Positions 26,808 through 33,961 of a DNA stretch of 42,969 bases are shown here, piece by piece. This stretch comes from an uncultured Gammaproteobacteria bacterium (lineage in GTDB: Bacteria > Patescibacteriota > Microgenomatia > UBA10105 > UBA927). Location: the NCBI GenBank assembly GCA_964630015.1, contig CAZVTJ010000001.1, forward strand, positions 1 to 42,969. Reading direction: 5' to 3'. The notes under the pieces are model-generated. The model was not told where the DNA came from. It did no database searches and was given only the letters and a program-made list of their open reading frames with translations. Position 1 is the stretch's first letter. The number at the start of each line of letters is the position of its first letter. The position numbers were made by a program, and so were the translations under genes.

Positions 26808-28196
26808 ATGGCAGTTCAACTTGATTATTTTGCACCGGAGGGGTGGAAACCGGAAAATGCGGATGAACGCTATATTATTGTCCAATTCAAAATAGAACTT
26901 GCCGACTCCGTCGACCCGTCGCGTTTCCGTGATGCGGCAGCCTCCGTCGCATCCGAATCTTCAACGGGCACCTGGACAACCGTCGAATCCGGACCGGGTT
27001 CAGGGATGGAAATGGCGGAAAAATATAAAGGTTTGGTGTTTGATGTCGACGAACCCAGGAAAATGTTTAAGGTTGCCTATATTGCGGAGCTGTTTGAACC
27101 CGATAATATGTCCGGATTTCTTGCCGGCCCGGTCGGCAACATCGGCGGGATGAAGATGCTCAAAGGTCTTCGGATCATCGATATCAGATTTCCCAAACCA
27201 ATGGTCACGGCATTTCCCGGACCGCAATTTGGCATTGACGGCGTACGGGATCTTCTGGCTCAGTCGGATGAAGACAGAACCATGCCGATTATGGGAACCG
27301 TTGCCAAACCGAAAGTGGGAAGAACGGCAGCGGAACAGGCACTCCTTGCCAAACGGCTTTTAACTGCGGGCAACGGAACATATAACTTCATAAAGGATGA
27401 CGAAAACCTGACCAGTCTTCCGTTTTCCAAGTTTGAAGACCGGTGCGACGCCGTTTTGGATGCACTCAGGGAAGCCGAACAAACCACCGGAAAAAAGAAA
27501 CTCTATTTATGCAATGTTACCCATTCCTCAATCGATACGATGCTCAACCGCGCACATCGAATTAAGGACCATGGTGGAATCTGTATGATGATGGACGTGG
27601 TTGTGACGGGATTTGCTGCACTTCATTCCATGCGCCTTAAAAACCCCGGACTTGCAATCCACGCACATCGGGCGATGCATGCATTCATTACGCGCGACAG
27701 CGGAAGTGGTATTGGAGGGGACGGATCATTATCCGGTTTCTCCGTATCCATGGTTGTACTTGCAAAAATATACCGCATGCTCGGTGTCGATTCTCTCCAC
27801 TCCGGCTCTCCGAAAGCAAAGATGGAAGATTACGGGGAAAGCGAAGTAATTGCTGATCTATTGATGACCGATTCGACAAAACCCAATGACCGGTTCCATA
27901 CGCTTGGACAGGAATGGTTCGGGATGAAAAAGGTATGGCCGGTTGCATCCGGCGGCCTTCATCCTGGCGTCTTGGATAGGGTATACGAAAAGTTTGGACC
28001 CAATTGCTATATCCAGTTCGGTGGTGGCGTTCTGGGGCATCCCAAGGGGGCAGCGCGTGGTGTGGAAGCGGCAATAGAAGCAAGGACGTGTTGTGTTGCC
28101 CATATTCCGATTCTCCAATATACGAAAGACCATCCGGAAAGCGCTCTCGCAGAGGCAGTAACTCTCTGGGGAACGGAACCCAAAATTGTTTATTGA
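26808..28196 (+). CDS. rbcL: Ribulose-1,5-bisphosphate carboxylase large subunit, form II/III- or III-like
   Basis: Motifs GTWTTV, KPKVG, FIKDDENL (carbamylated Lys context), HAHRAMHA, SGGLHPG and FGGGVLGHP are all present. 462 aa. No small-subunit gene adjacent. Confidence 0.9.
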   Translation: MAVQLDYFAPEGWKPENADERYIIVQFKIELADSVDPSRFRDAAASVASESSTGTWTTVESGPGSGMEMAEKYKGLVFDVDEPRKMFKVAYIAELFEPDNMSGFLAGPVGNIGGMKMLKGLRIIDIRFPKPMVTAFPGPQFGIDGVRDLLAQSDEDRTMPIMGTVAKPKVGRTAAEQALLAKRLLTAGNGTYNFIKDDENLTSLPFSKFEDRCDAVLDALREAEQTTGKKKLYLCNVTHSSIDTMLNRAHRIKDHGGICMMMDVVVTGFAALHSMRLKNPGLAIHAHRAMHAFITRDSGSGIGGDGSLSGFSVSMVVLAKIYRMLGVDSLHSGSPKAKMEDYGESEVIADLLMTDSTKPNDRFHTLGQEWFGMKKVWPVASGGLHPGVLDRVYEKFGPNCYIQFGGGVLGHPKGAARGVEAAIEARTCCVAHIPILQYTKDHPESALAEAVTLWGTEPKIVY

Positions 28197-29224
28197 TCGT
28201 GCGGACCGGATAATAAATATGCTTCTTCCAGGAAGCGCCAAGCGACAAGAAGCTGTGCGAATGTAATTGAAGGTATAGCTGTTGAACCAGCAATAAATGA
28301 CACCATATCTTCGGGAAATATGCCCGTGCATTCGAAAATGTGGTTTATCAGTGCTTCTATTGCTTTTTTAGGAAAAAACCCATCAAGCGTTACGGTATTG
28401 CACTCTTTACCCCAATACCGCGACGGTACGACGGAAAGAAGGAATGCCTCATGATACTTGCCGATAATGGCGGAAAGATTTAAGGGTAGGGAAATATCGG
28501 GAAGCGGTGTTTTTGCTGTCGCACAGATAAGTTCGATGTTATGTAAGTCGGAAATATCCGGACCCATATATTCGTACCGTGCATATTGGGATAATTTGGA
28601 CGGATGAATCTTAATTACGACATTGGCAATCGTTTTTTGGTAATCGATATAGCGTTTAAATAACATCTCCCGTTCAAGCATTTCCTTACGCAGAGTATCA
28701 CTTTGATGTTTTCGCGCTTCCACATCACGTTTATATTTCCATTTGAATTTTACATCACGGTCCGGATCGACAAATATAGAAAAATCAATGGAGGGAAGAA
28801 GCTGATCATACAGGGCATGAAGTCCCTCAAGAAGAATTACCGGTGTCGGTTCAATAGTTCTGTCGGGTCCGAAGTCGCCACTCTTATGATTATAAGTAGG
28901 AATGGCAACAGCTTCACCCTGCTTTAACTTTTCAAGATGCATAGACAGAAGTTCCAGTCTGTTGTATGTCGGATCAAGGGGAAAATGCCCACTGATTGCC
29001 CGTTGGGAACGGTTTTCACTGTGATATCCATCCATTTCTATCGTCGTGACGATTGACGGTCCGAGAATTTTCCTGATACCGTCACTGTAAGTCGTTTTTC
29101 CCGATCCGCTATCACCGGCAATAGCAACGATAACAGGCGTATTCTGGAATACGAACCGTGACCGGAGCCTGTTGCATGCATGATGCGATACAAGGGGAGA
29201 TGAAGCGGGCAGTGCAGTATCCAT
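28190..29224 (-). CDS. prk: Phosphoribulokinase-like kinase (PRK/uridine kinase family)
   Basis: P-loop IAGDSGSGKTT, then DGYH, PTYNHKSGDF, LLEGLHALYD, IDFSIFVD and VKFKWKYKRDV in PRK-like order. At 344 aa it is much longer than Udk. RBS-like AAGGA 4 nt before the ATG. Confidence 0.7.
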   Translation of the reverse strand: MDTALPASSPLVSHHACNRLRSRFVFQNTPVIVAIAGDSGSGKTTYSDGIRKILGPSIVTTIEMDGYHSENRSQRAISGHFPLDPTYNRLELLSMHLEKLKQGEAVAIPTYNHKSGDFGPDRTIEPTPVILLEGLHALYDQLLPSIDFSIFVDPDRDVKFKWKYKRDVEARKHQSDTLRKEMLEREMLFKRYIDYQKTIANVVIKIHPSKLSQYARYEYMGPDISDLHNIELICATAKTPLPDISLPLNLSAIIGKYHEAFLLSVVPSRYWGKECNTVTLDGFFPKKAIEALINHIFECTGIFPEDMVSFIAGSTAIPSITFAQLLVAWRFLEEAYLLSGPHDQ

Positions 29225-29238
29225 AAGTCCTTATCTTA

Positions 29239-29267
29239 AGACTAGGGCCAGACAGTATTGCTGTCAA
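29239..29267 (-). promoter_or_regulatory. Possible PRK promoter (TTGACA-17 nt-TAGTCT)
   Basis: Complement of 29262-29267 and 29239-29244. Only 14 nt lie between the -10 and the ATG. Confidence 0.25.
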
Positions 29268-29329
29268 GCAAAAAATCTAATGAGGTATAGAAATATATTA
29301 AACAAATCTCTTCTTATGTCATTCTTCCA

Positions 29330-29430
29330 AGCTGCCGGGCTAGGAAGATGTTCGCCCTTAGGGCTTCATGAATGATCCGCCTATTATCGTAATCGTTGTT
29401 ACGATAATGGCTCCTCATTCCCGGACTAGA
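29330..29430 (-). other. tRNA-Gln-derived degenerate/chimeric element (not a foldable tRNA)
   Basis: The 3' 16 nt (complement of 29330-29345) are identical to the T-stem 3' half, acceptor 3' strand, discriminator and 2 flanking nt of tRNA-Gln (29493-29508). There is a T-arm-like CTAAGG...CCTAG and a weak 5' match (CCGGG). A perfect 10-bp (12 with C-G/U-G) hairpin lies at 29381-29410. Confidence 0.4.
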
Positions 29431-29453
29431 GGTCCTCTTCCGCAACCCAACAG

Positions 29454-29492
29454 ATATACAAAAAGATCCCTTCATGGAATCTTTTTGTATAT
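29454..29492. other. Perfect 14-bp inverted repeat (ATATACAAAAAGAT / ATCTTTTTGTATAT, 11-nt loop) directly 3' of tRNA-Gln
   Basis: Read directly from the sequence. It starts 2 nt after the tRNA-Gln 3' end on the minus strand. A possible processing or termination hairpin. Confidence 0.4.
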
Positions 29493-29494
29493 AG

Positions 29495-29567
29495 CTGCCG
29501 GGCTAGGATTCGGACCTAGAGTCGCGCTGATCCAAAGTCAGGCGTGTTACCATTACACTACCCGGCA
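29495..29567 (-). tRNA. tRNA-Gln(TTG)
   Basis: Manual fold: TGCCGGG TA GTGT AATGGTA ACAC G CCTGA CTTTGGA TCAGC GCGACT CTAGG TCCGAAT CCTAG CCCGGCA G. There is a C27-C43 mismatch and the T loop has C at position 55. Confidence 0.8.
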
Positions 29568-29680
29568 TTACTCATGGGAAAAAAACGCAGTTTCTATCCC
29601 AACGATTCTTCCTACCAACGTGTCGCAAAGGGCTTTAATATTAAAGCGGGGCTTTGCGGTATGAAGGTAAATAAAATATG

Positions 29681-29752
29681 AGCGGCGGAGGGGACTCGAA
29701 CCCCCGACATTCTCCTTGGCAAGGAGGCATTCTACCACTGAATTACCGCCGC
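29681..29752 (-). tRNA. tRNA-Gly(GCC)
   Basis: Manual fold: GCGGCGG TA ATTC AGTGGTA GAAT G CCTCC TTGCCAA GGAGA ATGTC GGGGG TTCGAGT CCCCT CCGCCGC T. Confidence 0.9.
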
Positions 29753-29841
29753 AATACAATCTAAAACATTATTTATGAACAAATAATGTCTTCACTTGTA
29801 AATATTAATATTTTATTTTCAGCACCATTATTTTTGTATGG

Positions 29842-29914
29842 TGCCGAGACTAGGAATTGCACCCAGATTACGTGTTTTTCAGACACGCGCCTTGACTACC
29901 TCGGCCATCTCGGC
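29842..29914 (-). tRNA. tRNA-Phe(GAA), atypical D arm and T loop
   Basis: Manual fold: GCCGAGA TG GCC GAGGTAGTCAA GGC G CGTGT CTGAAAA ACACG TAAT CTGGG TGCAATT CCTAG TCTCGGC A. Confidence 0.7.
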
Positions 29915-29977
29915 TCATTATCAAAGAACGATTTTTCTATTTTACAATACCAGTAATATTTGTACCAGATTACTTTG

Positions 29978-30051
29978 TAGCCACTAAGGGACTCGAACCC
30001 CTGACCTTCTCTGTGTAAAAGAGACGCTCTAACCAACTGAGCTAAGTGGCC
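29978..30051 (-). tRNA. tRNA-Val(TAC)
   Basis: Manual fold: GGCCACT TA GCTC AGTTGGTTA GAGC G TCTCT TTTACAC AGAGA AGGTC AGGGG TTCGAGT CCCTT AGTGGCT A. Confidence 0.9.
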
Positions 30052-30068
30052 AAAAATCGTACTTCGTT

Positions 30069-30074
30069 ATTATA
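30069..30074 (-). promoter_or_regulatory. TATAAT -10 hexamer 17 nt upstream of tRNA-Val (start of the minus-strand tRNA cluster)
   Basis: The complement of 30069-30074 reads TATAAT. Confidence 0.35.
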
Positions 30075-30149
30075 ACTGGATATATAATTTTCTGCATCCC
30101 ATAAACAATACACCAGACGTTAGCTAATTTACGCTATAATGGTCAAGTT

Positions 30150-30731
30150 ATGGCACAACTCCAGGCGCAATTTGTTAAAAGCATCAACGGTACGGACAAA
30201 ATCCTATTTGACCGCAAACCTCACATCGCGTTTATCGGCCGCTCAAATGTCGGAAAATCAAGCCTGATTAATTCCCTTTGCGGAAGAAAAAGCCTTGCTC
30301 GTTCAAGCTCCGCACCAGGAAAAACTACAACGATCGATTTTTTTGACATTAATTCCACTCATTATTTCGTCGATCTTCCCGGTTATGGATTTGCCCATGC
30401 AAACAACACAAGTAGGGAACATTACCGTAAACTCATTTCCTGGTACCTCTTCCGGTCTGGAGTAACCCAAAAACTTGCCATTCTTATTGTGGATGCAAAA
30501 GTCGGTATTACCGATTTTGACCGTGAAACAATATCCTTATTAACCACATCATCAATTCCGTTTTGTTGTGTGGCAAATAAAATCGATAAACTCAAACAGG
30601 GTGAAAAGATAAAACAGATGCAACTCATCCAATCCATCCTCCCTTCTGTTCCGGTTATTCCCTATAGCACCAAAACAGGGGAGGGAAAGAACGAATTACT
30701 CCAAAAAATCTTCTCCGAAACAAAATCGTAA
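30150..30731 (+). CDS. engB: Ribosome biogenesis GTP-binding protein YsxC/EngB
   Basis: G1 GRSNVGKSSLINSL, G3 DLPGYG, G4 NKIDK. Confidence 0.85.
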   Translation: MAQLQAQFVKSINGTDKILFDRKPHIAFIGRSNVGKSSLINSLCGRKSLARSSSAPGKTTTIDFFDINSTHYFVDLPGYGFAHANNTSREHYRKLISWYLFRSGVTQKLAILIVDAKVGITDFDRETISLLTTSSIPFCCVANKIDKLKQGEKIKQMQLIQSILPSVPVIPYSTKTGEGKNELLQKIFSETKS

Positions 30732-30781
30732 GCGATCCTATTCACCGAAATATCTATAGGATAGTATGATACAATGCTTTC

Positions 30782-31762
30782 ATGATCGTTGATTTAGTTA
30801 CCATCAATATAAAAGCCGGAAATGGAGGGAACGGAGCAGTTTCCTTTTTGCGTAACGGCCAAACGGCAAAAGGTGGTCCCGACGGAGGAAACGGCGGGAA
30901 AGGTGGGGATATTTATGTCTGCGGATCCACAAATATAACGGATCTACGCGAATTCCGCTATCATAAGGAAATTAAAGCCCAAAATGGAACAAACGGCCAG
31001 CACCATAATCTCTATGGAAAAAAAGCGGCTGATACCATTCTGAATGTACCGGTTGGAACAACCATAACCGATACCACAACAAAAACGAGTATTGAAGTCC
31101 TTGATACCAATTCAAACATACTCCTTGCACAGGGTGGGAGAGGCGGAAGGGGAAACATCACATTCAAAACATCTACAAACCAAGCGCCCCATCAGGCAGA
31201 AATGGGAAAGGAAGGGGAGCGTAAAACCATCACCATAGAACTCAAAATGATCGCAGAAATCGGACTTGTCGGACTACCCAATGCCGGTAAAAGCACAATC
31301 CTTTCCCTTCTGACGAATGCCAAACCCCAAATTGGGCCGTATCCATTTACCACACTGGACCCCACGATCGGTATGCTTGGTACGATTGCGATTGCGGATA
31401 TCCCAGGAGTTATTAAACTGGCATCGGAAGGCAAAGGATTGGGAAGCAAATTCCTCAAACATATCGAAAAAACGAGAGTGTTATTCCATTGTATTGACGC
31501 TAGCTCAACGCATCCGCTGGTGGACTATAACATCATCCGGAAGGAATTTGCAGTATATGGAAACGGATTGGAAACAAAACCGGAAATCATTATCCTGACA
31601 AAAACAGACAGTGCAGATGCTTCGCTGTTGAAAAAAACCATTGCAGCGTTTTCAAAAAAGGGAAAAACCGTCTTTACACTTTCCATGTATAACCCTGAAA
31701 GTATTGCGGCACTGAAAAAGAAAATTCCATCACTTCTGAAAAATATAAATTGCCTCCGTTGA
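30782..31762 (+). CDS. obg: GTPase Obg/CgtA
   Basis: Obg fold N-terminus (VDLVTINIKAGNGGNGAVSF, GGPDGGNGGKGGD). G domain GLPNAGKSTIL, DIPG, TKTD. Confidence 0.9.
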   Translation: MIVDLVTINIKAGNGGNGAVSFLRNGQTAKGGPDGGNGGKGGDIYVCGSTNITDLREFRYHKEIKAQNGTNGQHHNLYGKKAADTILNVPVGTTITDTTTKTSIEVLDTNSNILLAQGGRGGRGNITFKTSTNQAPHQAEMGKEGERKTITIELKMIAEIGLVGLPNAGKSTILSLLTNAKPQIGPYPFTTLDPTIGMLGTIAIADIPGVIKLASEGKGLGSKFLKHIEKTRVLFHCIDASSTHPLVDYNIIRKEFAVYGNGLETKPEIIILTKTDSADASLLKKTIAAFSKKGKTVFTLSMYNPESIAALKKKIPSLLKNINCLR

Positions 31763-31826
31763 ATTCATTGTGAAGATGATAATTTTTTTGTACAATAGAA
31801 ACCCAGATAAAGTGTTAGCAGATAAT

Positions 31827-31908
31827 GCGGACGTGGCGGAATTGGTATACGCGCATGCCTAAGGAGCATGTCCCGCAAGGGGTGGAGGTTCAAGTCCTCT
31901 CGTCCGCA
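31827..31908 (+). tRNA. tRNA-Leu(AAG)
   Basis: Manual fold: GCGGACG TG GCG GAATTGGTATA CGC G CATGC CTAAGGA GCATG TCCCGCAAGGGGT GGAGG TTCAAGT CCTCT CGTCCGC A. The anticodon stem has 5 perfect bp, so the AAG assignment is unambiguous by hand. Confidence 0.85.
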
Positions 31909-32085
31909 CAAGCTCAATGAGCGCAGTCACGTTAGACGTGACAACAAATATTTGTATTAATATTTAGGCTTCTATACAGTGATTTCTCTGCAGTAGTAAT
32001 GCACTACGCCGGTTAGTAGATCGCAAACTGCTAACAGTCAAGTTTATGTAATGCTGAGCATGTCGAAGCATCCTCTCGATGGTAT

Positions 32086-33705
32086 TCAATTCCACTTCAT
32101 TTGAACTTCCTGTTGGGGATCCGGTTCATATAAAACAATCTGGCTTTCAAATGGGGAAAGACGGAGAAATAACCCATCAATTCTTTGTTCATCAGGCTGT
32201 ATCCATGCTCCCTGTTTTAAACTATAGATTGCTGCATTTTGTCCATATCGGACACATGGGATACTGCAATCCTCTGTTGCATTGCCCAAATTTATACAGA
32301 CTACCCCGGACATTTGTCCATCGGAAGACGTAACATGAAGGGCAATAAGTCCAGGTGAATATGTATGAATATCAGCAATAGTCCATTTACCTTCGGAGAA
32401 AAGATGTGAGTTCTTAAAAAAGAGCACATCGGAATAAAACCGACGATGCTCAAAATCAATATGTTCATCCGGAAACCGACGTATCTGCATTGGTGGACGT
32501 ATTTTCCATCCGTCTTCCTGTCCTTGGTTGACCAATAAAAGGGTATTTGGCAGAAATGCAATTGTTGCAAATGCAGCTTTGGATGCTTCTATTCCCATAG
32601 CACTAGCAGCACGCTCTTCATCATGATTTTCAGTATATACGCATTCGCTATACACCCCGGTATTTTGAAGCGCTTTTCCGATATATTCCCGAAGGTTTTG
32701 TGTCCATCCATGATGTACCGTATCATTGAGAACTTTGAATGCATCATGTGCATATAAATAATCAAAAGATTGTAACTGATCCTCTTCCCAATATACTTCA
32801 CCTAAAAACGTAAATTCTCTCCCTTGTTCTTTGGCTTTTTTCTTCGCTTTTGCAACTACTGTTTCCCAAAAATTATGGGTTAAAATGTATGTTTTTTCTT
32901 CTTCTGAGAGTAAGTATCCCCAAGTCCGTAAAAAGGTGGAGGCATTTACGAGCATTGTCATATCGCACCTTACCCCATCAGCATGATCAACCAACTCTAA
33001 AAGTTGACGTTCCATTTCCTGTTGGACGTCGGAACGGGCATAATTAAGTTGAAGTGTGTCTGCCCATTCGTCGGAACCCGAATATCTTCCATGGGCAACA
33101 TAATATGTATTTCCGTCTTTGGCTACAATCGGGATATACATATTAGGATTTTGCTCGTACTGTTCTTTCAAACCTTGGATAAAATACTCAGGATGTTCAA
33201 AAACCAATGTACTATCCACAGCAGTATGATTTGGTACAAAATCTATCATGACTTTTTTTCCTCGTTCATGAAGATGGGATACTGCTTTGTCCCAATGATT
33301 CCAATCGGAAGCAATTGAAGGATTGGGAATATATTCGGGTATTGCAAATGGGCTTGCTACTACATCATGTTCCGGGTCTAAATCGGGAAGAGCATATCGA
33401 TATTGATACTCATATTTTTTGGCATGATTCCGGCTGAAACTACTTCCTTTATATATCCCCATAAACCAAATTGTGTCGTACTGTCCAGCCAGGGCATCCC
33501 ATTCTTCTTCCGGTACTTCATCAATAGAAATATGTTTTCCGTACTTCTGCTCAAGTCCAAACAACCAGAGTCGGGTGTTTACCAGTTTTACACTATGCTG
33601 ATTCCCAAATTCAACAGATGGTTGAAGATATTCCCCAATATGACGGTGAAAAAGATAATTTTGTTGTTCTACTGATATTTCCGGTAATGCAAATTCAGTA
33701 AGCAT
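32086..33705 (-). CDS. Glycoside hydrolase family 13 (alpha-amylase superfamily) protein
   Basis: The four GH13 regions are present: VMIDFVPNHTAVDS, DGVRCDMTML, FLGEVYWEE, YTENHDEERA. 539 aa. No obvious signal peptide. Confidence 0.75.
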   Translation of the reverse strand: MLTEFALPEISVEQQNYLFHRHIGEYLQPSVEFGNQHSVKLVNTRLWLFGLEQKYGKHISIDEVPEEEWDALAGQYDTIWFMGIYKGSSFSRNHAKKYEYQYRYALPDLDPEHDVVASPFAIPEYIPNPSIASDWNHWDKAVSHLHERGKKVMIDFVPNHTAVDSTLVFEHPEYFIQGLKEQYEQNPNMYIPIVAKDGNTYYVAHGRYSGSDEWADTLQLNYARSDVQQEMERQLLELVDHADGVRCDMTMLVNASTFLRTWGYLLSEEEKTYILTHNFWETVVAKAKKKAKEQGREFTFLGEVYWEEDQLQSFDYLYAHDAFKVLNDTVHHGWTQNLREYIGKALQNTGVYSECVYTENHDEERAASAMGIEASKAAFATIAFLPNTLLLVNQGQEDGWKIRPPMQIRRFPDEHIDFEHRRFYSDVLFFKNSHLFSEGKWTIADIHTYSPGLIALHVTSSDGQMSGVVCINLGNATEDCSIPCVRYGQNAAIYSLKQGAWIQPDEQRIDGLFLRLSPFESQIVLYEPDPQQEVQMKWN

Positions 33706-33827
33706 ACAATATATACGGGTAATAAATTCGGAAAAATGAACTCCATTTCATCATAACGGAATTGTGTTCCTCTTTCAGTATGCAGCAAAAATATGTATTG
33801 AAGAAAAATACTGTATGGATATTTTTG

Positions 33828-33913
33828 TGCCCGAGGGGAGACTCGAACTCCCAAGACTTGTTACGGTCACTAGCTCCTGAAGCTAGCGCGTCTACCAATT
33901 CCGCCACCCGGGC
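33828..33913 (-). tRNA. tRNA-Leu(CAG)
   Basis: Manual fold: GCCCGGG TG GCG GAATTGGTAGA CGC G CTAGC TTCAGGA GCTAG TGACCGTAACAAGTCTT GGGAG TTCGAGT CTCCC CTCGGGC A. Confidence 0.9.
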
Positions 33914-33923
33914 ATATCCAAAA

Positions 33924-33932
33924 ATTATACCA
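33924..33932 (-). promoter_or_regulatory. Extended -10 (TGGTATAAT) 10 nt upstream of tRNA-Leu(CAG)
   Basis: The complement of 33924-33932 reads TGGTATAAT. Confidence 0.4.
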
Positions 33933-33961
33933 TAAAAAATCCCGTTTTTATCGGCTATACT

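Noticed and set aside
26668-26895. 75-aa ORF upstream of and overlapping the RuBisCO start.
   Set aside because: The region is better explained by two terminator-like hairpins, a promoter and the AAGGAGG RBS of RuBisCO. The ORF also overlaps the rbcL 5' end out of frame.
29330-29450. Possible small SRP (4.5S) RNA on the minus strand, because GUCCGGGAAUGAGGAGCC loosely resembles the helix-8 GUCCGGAAGGAAGCAGCC.
   Set aside because: The conserved GGAA tetraloop/AGCA asymmetric-loop pattern is not reproduced (GGGA and GGAG instead). The flanks do not form the long closing helix. The 10-bp AU-rich hairpin has no SRP counterpart.
29330-29508. The 16-nt direct repeat of the tRNA-Gln 3' end as attL/attR of an integrated mobile element.
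   Set aside because: Only 147 bp lie between the repeats, with no integrase or cargo. The similarity also continues in degenerate form into the T arm, which fits a tRNA-derived duplicate better than a bare att scar. It is kept as an alternative in the finding.
29368-29759. ORFs 29368..29664 (+), 29568..29759 (-), 33695..33997 (-), 33669..33854 (-), 42482..42748 (-), 42513..42755 (+).
   Set aside because: They overlap tRNA genes or tRNA-derived sequence and have no protein-like features, so they are artefacts of GC-rich structured RNA.
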